64,000 nucleotides of DNA, taken from positions 1,346 through 65,345 of the forward strand of contig CBDUSE010000002.1 of the NCBI GenBank assembly GCA_965369835.1, written 5' to 3'. This DNA comes from an uncultured bacterium. Lineage in GTDB: Bacteria; Auribacterota; JABMQX01; JAFGEW01. The position numbers and the translations under genes were made by a program. Positions 36,554-45,059 of the stretch are shown piece by piece. The notes beneath the pieces were generated by a model. That model was not told the origin of the DNA and did no database searches. It saw nothing but the letters and a program-made list of their open reading frames with translations. Every line of letters starts with the position of its first letter. Position 1 is the stretch's first letter.

Positions 36554-37180
36554 TCATTCGTCCCCCGCTTCCCCGGCAGGCGGTTCGCTTTTCGGCTCGG
36601 CCCCCGACGCGCCGGCGTCGGCCGACTCTTGGTCATCCGACCCTTTGTCGGCCTCGGCCGGGGCGCCGCCCTGCTTTTCGATGTAAGCGTTGATGAGGTG
36701 CAGCACGCTCCGGAGCCGGCCCGCCAGCACGGAGACAAACCCGCGCGGCACCACCTGAAAGGTGCCGAGCACCTGTGCCCGCATGAGCGGCTTGGGCGGC
36801 AGCTTCGAGAGCTCCTTGAGCTCGTCGGCTGTGTACGGCTTGCCGCCCACGAAGCCGCCGAGCAGTGCGACCGCCTCGTGCTCCTTGCGGAAGTCCACCA
36901 GCGCCTTGAGCACCGGGACCGACGACTCCTCGTCGGTAAAGGCGACGCCGACCTGCCCCGCAAATCCCGGCAGCTCGCTCTCGAACCCGGCGGCCTTCGC
37001 CGCCAGGGTGAAGAGCCGGTTCTTGACCACCATGTAGCGTCCGTTCCGCTCGTGGAGTGCGTGGCGCAGGATCACCATCTGCTCGGCGCCCGCGCCGGCG
37101 TAATCGGTAAAGATGACGGCCGTGGCGCCCTCGATCCTTTCCTTCAGCTCTTCGATGGCGAACTGTTTCTCAGTTCTCAC
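36554..37180 (-). CDS. rplJ: 50S ribosomal protein L10 with an acidic low-complexity C-terminal tail
   Basis: MRTEKQFAIEELKERIEGATAVIFTDYAG is the canonical L10, sitting between rplA and rplL. Confidence 0.9.
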   Translation of the reverse strand: MRTEKQFAIEELKERIEGATAVIFTDYAGAGAEQMVILRHALHERNGRYMVVKNRLFTLAAKAAGFESELPGFAGQVGVAFTDEESSVPVLKALVDFRKEHEAVALLGGFVGGKPYTADELKELSKLPPKPLMRAQVLGTFQVVPRGFVSVLAGRLRSVLHLINAYIEKQGGAPAEADKGSDDQESADAGASGAEPKSEPPAGEAGDE

Positions 37181-37222
37181 GCCAGCCTCGTTGTCCTCGT
37201 GTGATTGATCCGTTGCGCGCCG

Positions 37223-37924
37223 CTACTTGCCGAGGGCGGCGATCTCCTTGAGATCGAGCCGGATACCCGGGCCCATCGTCGAGCTGAGCGCAGCGCTCCT
37301 GATGTACTCGCCTCGGGCGGCGGCCGGCTTGGCCTTGAGCACAGCGCTCAGCGCCGCCACGCCGTTTTCCTTGAGCTTCGCCGCCGCGAACGACGCCTTG
37401 CCGATGGGCAAGTGTAGGTTCGCGTTCTTGTCAATCTTGAACTTGATCTTGCCGGCCTTGACCGCCGTGACCGCCTCGCCCACGTTCGGGGTGACGGTGC
37501 CGCTTTTCGGGCTCGGCATCAGACCACGCGGCCCGAGCAGCCGCCCGAGCTTGCCGACCTCGCGCATCGTGTCGGGCGCCGCCACTATCACGTCGAAGTC
37601 GAGCCAGCCGCCCTGGATCTTCTCGACGATGTCGGTAAATCCGATAAAGTCGGCCCCGGCGTCGGCGGCCTCGCGCGCCTGATCGCCCTGGCAAATAGCA
37701 ACGACGCGCACCGTCTTGCCGGTACCGTGCGGGAGCGCCACGGTCCCACGCACCATTTGGTCCGACTTCCTTGCATCCACGCCGAGCTGCACGGCGACCT
37801 CGACCGTCTCGTCGAACTTGGCCTTGGGCAGCTTCTGGAGCAGCTCGATCGCCTCGTCCATCCGGTGCGCTCTGGAGCGATCAACCATCTGCGCGGCGCC
37901 GTTGTACCGCCGACTCGACCTCAT
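37223..37924 (-). CDS. rplA: 50S ribosomal protein L1
   Basis: L1 fold motifs ([23 protein letters not shown]). Its start overlaps the rplK stop by 4 nt. Confidence 0.9.
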   Translation of the reverse strand: MRSSRRYNGAAQMVDRSRAHRMDEAIELLQKLPKAKFDETVEVAVQLGVDARKSDQMVRGTVALPHGTGKTVRVVAICQGDQAREAADAGADFIGFTDIVEKIQGGWLDFDVIVAAPDTMREVGKLGRLLGPRGLMPSPKSGTVTPNVGEAVTAVKAGKIKFKIDKNANLHLPIGKASFAAAKLKENGVAALSAVLKAKPAAARGEYIRSAALSSTMGPGIRLDLKEIAALGK

Positions 37925-38349
37925 GGGGCCACCTCGATGCCCATGCTGCGCGCGGTGCCCTCGACGATGCGCGACGCCGCATCGAGGTTGCGCGCGTTGA
38001 GGTCTTCCATCTTCTGCCTGGCAATCTCCTCGACCTGCGCGCGAGTGACCGTGCCGACCTTGGTCTTGTTCGGCTCGCCGGAGCCCTTGGCGATCACGGC
38101 CGCTTTCTTGAGCAAGGTCGCCGCCGGCGGCGACTTGAGCACGAAGCTGATCGTCTTGTCGTGATAGACCGTGATGACCACCGGGATAATCAACCCGCCG
38201 GGCATCTCTTTGGTCTTAGCGTTGAACTGCTTGCAGAAGTCCATGATATTGACCCCGTGCTGCCCCAGCGACGGGCCCACCGGCGGCGCGGGATTCGCCT
38301 GGCCCGCCGGAATCTGTAGCTTGATCAAGCCTGTTGCCTTCTTCGCCAT
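37921..38349 (-). CDS. rplK: 50S ribosomal protein L11
   Basis: [43 protein letters not shown] is the canonical L11. Confidence 0.9.
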   Translation of the reverse strand: MAKKATGLIKLQIPAGQANPAPPVGPSLGQHGVNIMDFCKQFNAKTKEMPGGLIIPVVITVYHDKTISFVLKSPPAATLLKKAAVIAKGSGEPNKTKVGTVTRAQVEEIARQKMEDLNARNLDAASRIVEGTARSMGIEVAP

Positions 38350-38429
38350 CGTCTCCTCGTCTTCCGTTGGCTTCGTGCGGGGTCAAAAAATGCACGAGCG
38401 ACCTCGCGTCCGTGCGTTTTTCGGGCCGA

Positions 38430-38966
38430 TCAAGTTCTCTCGACCTGCCAGTACTCGAGCTCGAGCGGCGTCGAGCGTCCAAAGATCGAGACCATCACCT
38501 TGAGCTTGCCCTTGTCGGGGTTGATCTCGTTGACGACGCCGCTGAAGTTCACAAACGGCCCCTCGGTCACCTTGACCGCCTCGCCGACCTCGAACAACAC
38601 CTTCGGCTTGACCTTCTCCTTCTTCGCCTCAATCTGGTTGAGGATGTCGCCGATCTCATCGTCCTTGAGCGGGATCGGCTCCTGGTCACCCAAAAAACCA
38701 AGCACGCCGTTGGTCTGCCGGACGAAGTGATACGTCCGCTCATTGAGCTCCATCTCGACCAGGATGTAGCCCGGGAAAAAGAGCCGGCTTGTGATCGTCC
38801 GCTTGCCGGCCTTGACCTCCGAGACGTTCTCGGTCGGAATGAGCACCCGGCCGACATAGTCGCCGAGCTCCTCGACCTCGATGCGCGCCTCAATGTTGGA
38901 GCGCACCTTGCGCTCCTGGCCGCTCATCGCTTTGACGACGTACCACTTCAGGGCCATCCCGCCCGC
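38430..38966 (-). CDS. nusG: Transcription termination/antitermination factor NusG. Start at ATG 38966 (MALKWYVV...)
   Basis: NGN domain (KWYVVKAMSGQERKV) and KOW domain (GEAVKVTEGPFVNFSGVV). The longer track ORF overlaps secE in another region. Confidence 0.9.
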   Translation of the reverse strand, partial: AGGMALKWYVVKAMSGQERKVRSNIEARIEVEELGDYVGRVLIPTENVSEVKAGKRTITSRLFFPGYILVEMELNERTYHFVRQTNGVLGFLGDQEPIPLKDDEIGDILNQIEAKKEKVKPKVLFEVGEAVKVTEGPFVNFSGVVNEINPDKGKLKVMVSIFGRSTPLELEYWQVERT

Positions 38967-38971
38967 TACTC

Positions 38972-39253
38972 CTAGAAGAACAGTCTGATGATCTTGTCGA
39001 GAACGAAGTCCACGAGCACCACGAATAGGGTCATCAGCGCCGTCGAGACGATCACCACGCCCGTGGCGCTCCACAGCTCCGGCTTCGAGGGCCACGAGAC
39101 CTTCTTGAGCTCGGCGCGCACGTCGGCAAGGAATGCGTTGGTCCTGACAAACCAATTGCCCCGGATCGCCAGGATCAGCAGCACCACGATACCGACGATC
39201 AGCACCGCGTACCAGATAGTCGCGGTCACCGCCACAAGCGGCACGTCGAGCAT
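38972..39253 (-). CDS. secE: Preprotein translocase subunit SecE
   Basis: Small single-TM protein (ELKKVSWPSKPELWSATGVVIVSTALMTLFVVLVD) in the canonical position upstream of nusG. Confidence 0.8.
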   Translation of the reverse strand: MLDVPLVAVTATIWYAVLIVGIVVLLILAIRGNWFVRTNAFLADVRAELKKVSWPSKPELWSATGVVIVSTALMTLFVVLVDFVLDKIIRLFF

Positions 39254-39335
39254 CGCGCTTCCTCCTCGTCGAGAGGCTCGCCATTCCTCTGAGCATACAC
39301 GCTCACCGAAAGAACCGTTCCCTCACCGTTGAAAG

Positions 39336-39412
39336 TGGCAGGCCAGGAGGGATTCGAACCCCCAACCATCGGATTTGGAGTCCGCTGCTCTACCAGTTAG
39401 AGCTACTGGCCT
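39336..39412 (-). tRNA. tRNA-Trp (anticodon CCA), with CCA 3' end encoded
   Basis: Hand-folded from the reverse complement: acceptor AGGCCAG/CTGGCCT, D-arm GCTC..GAGC, anticodon stem CGGAC/GTCCG? (GCGGA/TCCGA) with loop CTCCAAA, T-arm GGGGG-TTCGAAT-CCCTC, discriminator G, CCA. It is in the classic rpmG-trpT-secE position. Confidence 0.85.
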
Positions 39413-39443
39413 GTCGAGCAAGACGCTCCATCGCCGACTCTGA

Positions 39444-39596
39444 CTACTTCGTCTCGCGATGGATTGTATGTTTCCTGTCGAAGCGGCAATACGTCTTCAG
39501 CTCGAGCCGCCCCGACCCCTTCTTCTTGTTCTTGCGCGTCGTGTAGTTACGCCGGTTACACTCGGTACACGCAAGGGTGATGATCTCGCGCGGCAT
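39444..39596 (-). CDS. rpmG: 50S ribosomal protein L33 (50 aa)
   Basis: [50 protein letters not shown] with a CxxC...C Zn ribbon. It was read from the tail of a spurious longer track ORF. Confidence 0.85.
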   Translation of the reverse strand: MPREIITLACTECNRRNYTTRKNKKKGSGRLELKTYCRFDRKHTIHRETK

Positions 39597-39598
39597 GG

Positions 39599-40804
<1,206 letters not shown>

Positions 40805-40859
40805 GACGCGCTCAGAGCCTCCTCACATGCGTCGTATATCGCGTGCCTCCCGAAGCCAC

Positions 40860-40932
<73 letters not shown>

Positions 40933-41074
40933 AATCCGGTGGGACAGCGTGCTGCCGGGCCAAAAGGTCGCCAAACGAAGAGTAAAAACAACCCCTCTTT
41001 CAGGCGAGGCCGATCTCGGCCGCCACCCCGTCTGCACACAAAATATCCCTTAGAACGCAAAGAGGTTATTCTTT

Positions 41075-41125
41075 ATTCTATCCGCGCCAGATATGTCAAG
41101 GAGAAAAACCAATTTTTCCGCCCCG
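41075..41125 (-). promoter_or_regulatory. Candidate promoter for the tRNA-Thr-tuf transcript: TTGACA -35, TAGAAT -10-like hexamer (spacer only 13 nt) and an A/T-rich UP-like tract
   Basis: Reverse complement reads ggggcggaaaaattggtttttctccTTGACAtatctggcgcggaTAGAATaaag. This is the only AT-rich tract upstream of the tRNA. The spacing is non-canonical, so the call is weak. Confidence 0.3.
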
Positions 41126-41794
41126 GCTTATAGGCCCTTTTTCGGGCCAAATCGGGGCGGCTTCAGGAACTCCGTCCTCGAGGTTCCTGCCCGGCCGGCG
41201 GCTGGTGAGCGCACCTCGCTCGCGCGCGTCGCGGCGGACGCTCTCGAAAAACGCCAGGTGGGCGGGGTCTCGATAGTCGGAGTAGGTCCACTCGAGCGGC
41301 TGGAACCCCTTGTCCCTGTAGACGAGCATCGGCTGGGCGTAGATCCCGCCTCCGAGGTACACCCTGTACGACGCTTCTTTGGTGGAAGCGATGACGAGGT
41401 TGCTCAGGGTAAGGTAGCCGGGATCGACGTTGAAGACGCGGCGCCCGCCCCGCGCGTGCGCACGCTCGAGAGCCCCGGTCTCTACTTTGGTTTGCCCAAG
41501 CGCGCCCGGGTCCACGGGCCACTCGAAGGCAAGGAACCAGCGCGTCAGCTCCGGCCCCATCTCGGCGGCGTAGTAGCGGCTCCAGGTAAACGGGGCCGCT
41601 TCGCTCGCCATGCGCACCGGGCCGTGGCGCGCCTCCATCAGCGAGGTCGCGAGGCCGAGCGCGTCCTCGCCCGCAGCGAGCACCCCGGCGATCAGCACCG
41701 CGTCCGGCACGCGCTTGCGCCTCTCTTCACCACGCTCCTTTGTAGCAAGACAAACATACGCCGCCCACGGAATCCACAGAAGAAGCTCACCCAC
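41096..41794 (-). CDS. DUF4416-like hypothetical protein. The start is uncertain, and the conserved part begins near VLIAGVL
   Basis: Pattern FTWSRYYAAEMG ... RVFNVDPGYLTLSNLVIASTKE ... RVYLGGGIYAQPMLVY ... WTYSDY matches my recollection of the DUF4416 family. High GC, like the core genome. Confidence 0.5.
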   Translation of the reverse strand: MGELLLWIPWAAYVCLATKERGEERRKRVPDAVLIAGVLAAGEDALGLATSLMEARHGPVRMASEAAPFTWSRYYAAEMGPELTRWFLAFEWPVDPGALGQTKVETGALERAHARGGRRVFNVDPGYLTLSNLVIASTKEASYRVYLGGGIYAQPMLVYRDKGFQPLEWTYSDYRDPAHLAFFESVRRDARERGALTSRRPGRNLEDGVPEAAPIWPEKGPISRGGKIGFSP

Positions 41795-41812
41795 CGGAGG
41801 TGGACCGGCTCC

Positions 41813-42319
41813 CTACTCCCCGGAGAACTGCTTGAGCAGGCGGCTCATCGCCTGCTCGCCCTTGAAGAGGTAGCGGTCGAAGAGCTTGCGGTCGAGGGCG
41901 TTGCCCTCCGCAACGAAGGTCTCGAATGAGTCGAGGGCGAGCTGGAGGTAGTTACACACCTGCAGGAAATCCTGGGCGAACGATACGTCCTGGTGCTCGT
42001 CGAGGGCCGCCTCGCGCTTGAGCTTCGTGCCGCACTTGACCAGCACGGCGAGGAACTTCTCGTTGCGGTCGAGCTCGATGTTCGCCTCCTCTTTCGTCAG
42101 CAGGCCCGCCCGGTAGGCGTTCATCGTCATCACGGTCGAGGAGTAGATCGCCGTCAGGCCGTAGAGCATCAGCTCGACCTTGCCGAAATCGTCCTGTGCA
42201 CGAACCGGCAGCGGCGCCCCCACGAGGCCGATGCCAACCACGACCGCTATCGTCATCCCGATCAGTCTCTTCACTGTCCGCCTCCTTTGAATCGCCTTCG
42301 TCCCTCTCGCCCGCCGCAC
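41813..42319 (-). CDS. Hypothetical secreted protein (signal peptide ... PLPVRAQDD)
   Basis: N-terminal basic region followed by a hydrophobic helix and AxA-like site, then a mostly helical sequence. I recognised no known motif. Confidence 0.45.
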   Translation of the reverse strand: MRRARGTKAIQRRRTVKRLIGMTIAVVVGIGLVGAPLPVRAQDDFGKVELMLYGLTAIYSSTVMTMNAYRAGLLTKEEANIELDRNEKFLAVLVKCGTKLKREAALDEHQDVSFAQDFLQVCNYLQLALDSFETFVAEGNALDRKLFDRYLFKGEQAMSRLLKQFSGE

Positions 42320-42409
42320 GGTAAGCGCTCCGGCCTGCCCGCCCCGCTTGAAGAGACGATACCCCCGCCCACCGTGTTCGTCAAGGCAACACGTGCCCGC
42401 ATAGAGCGC

Positions 42410-42910
42410 TCAGGCCGGTAATCGAAGCAACACCATCAGGACGTACGACGCGAAGTTCATGCCCACGGCGGTCACGGCGGCGCGCCTCAACTGCCAGCGG
42501 CCAAACAGGAGCATGAGTGGAGCGCCCTCGACTCCGAGCGATATCCCAAGGACTGCGAACAGGTGCGGCTGGAAGTTGAAGCCCCAGTAGTCGAAGTACA
42601 CGCCGGTTGTAAGTCCAATGACAGCGGAAGCGCCGTTGAGTGCCCCAGCCAGCAGAAGCGCCCTCGGCCAGCTCGGCCCGTCGATTCTGAAGAGCGCCAG
42701 CTTGATTACGGCCCCCTCAAGGAGCACGATGAGCGCGTAGATGTAGACGATGATGACCGCCTGCCGCGCGGTGAACAAGGATGAACCGACGGGGTTGGCC
42801 CAAGCAGGCGTCGGCGCAAGGGCCACAAGGTCAAGAAGTAAGGGAGCGAAGAGGCGGATCGCGTGTCGGCGCGCGCCCATAGGGCACCTCCTTTCCCCGG
42901 GCGCGCTCAC
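42410..42910 (-). CDS. Hypothetical integral membrane protein (4-5 TM)
   Basis: Strong Shine-Dalgarno (GGAAAGGAGG) and alternating hydrophobic segments. No recognised motif. Confidence 0.5.
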   Translation of the reverse strand: MSAPGERRCPMGARRHAIRLFAPLLLDLVALAPTPAWANPVGSSLFTARQAVIIVYIYALIVLLEGAVIKLALFRIDGPSWPRALLLAGALNGASAVIGLTTGVYFDYWGFNFQPHLFAVLGISLGVEGAPLMLLFGRWQLRRAAVTAVGMNFASYVLMVLLRLPA

Positions 42911-42977
42911 CTCTTATCTCGCCCTGAAAGCCTGCGACGTCAAGAGAGTTGTCGTGACGTGACGTGCCGTGCGGGGA

Positions 42978-43658
42978 TCAGGAGGCGACTTGGCGGAGGA
43001 AGCTCTTCACTTGGTCGAATGCGCTGTCGCTCCAGGGCCAGTAGTCTTTGAAGGCTGCTAGCCCGAGATGCTTCTGAAACTCCTGCTCTGAAGCCAAGAG
43101 CACGTGCATTCTTGCCTTGGACTCTTGCTGAGGCCGCGGCATGCCGCGTTCGTCAAGACACTCGAAGAACCGATCGGCGCACGCCATCGCAGGGCTACCC
43201 TGGAAGGCTCGCAGGCAGAGATCCTCAAAGCTTCCCGGTGTTCTCTCGTCGGGCAACACCATCACCGTGACCTTGACCGGGCCGGTCGATGTGACCAACG
43301 GACGCTTGGGAACCGGTAACTTCACGAGCAGCTTGGGATTCTGCAGAGCACCGCGGATCTTGTCGAATGCCGCTTGTGGGTTGTCATGTGCATCCAGCTC
43401 AATGCCGATGGACTTGACCAGCGGGTCAAACCGCCTGTTCTTTACGACGGCGTCAAGCGCAGGGCGCAGGTTGTTTTCGCCCTGGATGTTGATGACCTGA
43501 ATCTGGCACAAGCCCAAGTGCTTAGCTAGGGCTTTGAAGAAGGGAAGTTCGTCATCGCCTTCGACAAGGAGGAGACTTGGTGCCTCGATCGTGAGGCGCT
43601 CAAAGCCGCGTGCGTGGGCATGTACCAGCTCGTCCTGCTCGGTTTGCCCCTCGTTCAT
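42978..43658 (-). CDS. Small partner protein of the ATPase, with a TOPRIM-like/DUF4276-like N-terminus (LLLVEGDDE...)
   Basis: Its start overlaps the ATPase stop by 4 nt. An N-terminal acidic LVEGxxE motif is followed by downstream Asp-rich segments (IGIELDAHD, VMVLPDE), resembling OLD-family/RloB/DUF4276 partners. Lower GC than the flanks. Confidence 0.5.
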   Translation of the reverse strand: MNEGQTEQDELVHAHARGFERLTIEAPSLLLVEGDDELPFFKALAKHLGLCQIQVINIQGENNLRPALDAVVKNRRFDPLVKSIGIELDAHDNPQAAFDKIRGALQNPKLLVKLPVPKRPLVTSTGPVKVTVMVLPDERTPGSFEDLCLRAFQGSPAMACADRFFECLDERGMPRPQQESKARMHVLLASEQEFQKHLGLAAFKDYWPWSDSAFDQVKSFLRQVAS

Positions 43659-44710
43659 CGCACCTCCAGACGGGCTTTGATCGCTCCCTCGATGGAATCC
43701 TCGTCGTATGTTACAGCGCGCACAACGTCATCAACCCTGTCAAGCCTGTGCAAGCGGAAGTCGTACTCGGGGGATCCGGCGAACGCCCTGTGGGCCGCGA
43801 AGATGCACTCCCAGCTGTGAGTGGTGGCAAAGACCTGCGCATCGAATTTCCGGGCGGCTTCTGCGATGGCTCGCCACAAGTCCACCAGAACTGAGTGGTG
43901 AAGACCGTTTTCAATTTCATCAACGAGAACTACTCCGCCACGAGCAGCTCCAATTGCCAAGATCAAGCTGGTTATGCGGACCATGCCCTCTCCCATGTAT
44001 AGGAGGGGCAATGGTGGGCCATTCGCCACATAGCCGAATCTCAATGGCACGCCGCCCGCTGGGAAGCCCAAGCTCACTTTCTCCAGCCTTGGCTCAATGA
44101 GCTTGAGAGCTTCTAGGAGAACGTCCAAGTGGCCCTTGCCCTCAAGCTCCGTAAATCGCTTTGCGTCCTCGTCCAGGGGCACGCGCGTCCTGGCGGGAAT
44201 GATAATCGTTGGGAAGGGCGCAGATGGACCCTGCCTCAAGAGCTTAGGCATGCCACCCTGAATGAACCAAAAGACTTTGCCTGTGCGTTGCTTTTCGCGG
44301 TACTCAAGCTCGAGTAACTGTGGCAAGAGGAACGCGGGCGCGTCCTTACGCGCGATCTCCTGCAACTCTTTTTGGTCCCGGACGACACGGAGTTGCAGGA
44401 GGCGTTGCGTCGTGCCGTCAAAGGAGCCCGATAGCTTTATCTCTGTGGATGTATCGAGCATGTGGAACAGTGAAGCCCACGGGCCTTCAGCCCATCCTCC
44501 TGTCTCAGATGTCAGCGTTGGCACCCCGCGGTGCCCCTCCACAGCCCTTATGAGATCCGGGTTGTAGGCCCCGCCGTGGAGGAAGAGGGCCTCCAAGAGC
44601 GCGGTCTTTCCGGCGTTGTTCAGGCCTGCTATGAGATTGACGCGGGCCAGGTCTTTGATCGTGAAGTCGCGAAAGCACCGGAAGTTTCTTGCTTCAAACG
44701 ACTGGTACAT
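43655..44710 (-). CDS. ABC-type (AAA_21/OLD-like) P-loop ATPase. Likely start at ATG 44710 (MYQSFEARNFRCF...), preceded by GAGGTG. The track ORF extends to 44815
   Basis: Walker A GLNNAGKTALLEALF, Walker B VVLVDEIENGLH, His-loop ATTHS and a signature-like MGEGMVRIT. No transporter TM partner. Visibly lower GC. Confidence 0.7.
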   Translation of the reverse strand: MYQSFEARNFRCFRDFTIKDLARVNLIAGLNNAGKTALLEALFLHGGAYNPDLIRAVEGHRGVPTLTSETGGWAEGPWASLFHMLDTSTEIKLSGSFDGTTQRLLQLRVVRDQKELQEIARKDAPAFLLPQLLELEYREKQRTGKVFWFIQGGMPKLLRQGPSAPFPTIIIPARTRVPLDEDAKRFTELEGKGHLDVLLEALKLIEPRLEKVSLGFPAGGVPLRFGYVANGPPLPLLYMGEGMVRITSLILAIGAARGGVVLVDEIENGLHHSVLVDLWRAIAEAARKFDAQVFATTHSWECIFAAHRAFAGSPEYDFRLHRLDRVDDVVRAVTYDEDSIEGAIKARLEVR

Positions 44711-44831
44711 GGCGCACCTCTCGAACCGCTGGCATATCATGCCTTGACACGCCTTACGCTTACCAGCCGGTGTTGCCGAAGTCAATTCGATTCGGAAGCC
44801 GCCGGAGACGACCAACCCGAAGAGTGCGAAG

Positions 44832-45014
44832 TCACTCTCTGAGCGTCTCCACTTTCTCGATGGTGAGGGTGTGGTGCGTGTGGTCGTTTTGGACGGTACC
44901 GGTGAGCAGGTAGGGGCCCGGCGTGGCGAGGAGGTGGCCGTAGCGGGCGTAGGCGTCGGGGAAGAGGACGGTCTCGAGGACGCCCGTTATGTCCTCGACG
45001 CTGAGGAAGCGCAT
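44832..45014 (-). pseudogene. dnaE: Orphan C-terminal fragment (60 codons) of DNA polymerase III alpha subunit (OB-fold region)
   Basis: MRFLSVEDITGVLETVLFPDAYARYGHLLATPGPYLLTGTVQ...LTIEKVETL aligns by eye with the DnaE C-terminal OB segment (xxLDDxSGxLEVxLFxDAxxKYxxLLxxDxxLxVxGxV). There is no room for the remaining ~1100 codons, because mrdA ends 45 nt upstream. Confidence 0.5.
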
Positions 45015-45059
45015 CTGCTCGCCGCGCGCGGGAAAATGTGAGAAAAAGAAGAACTGCTT

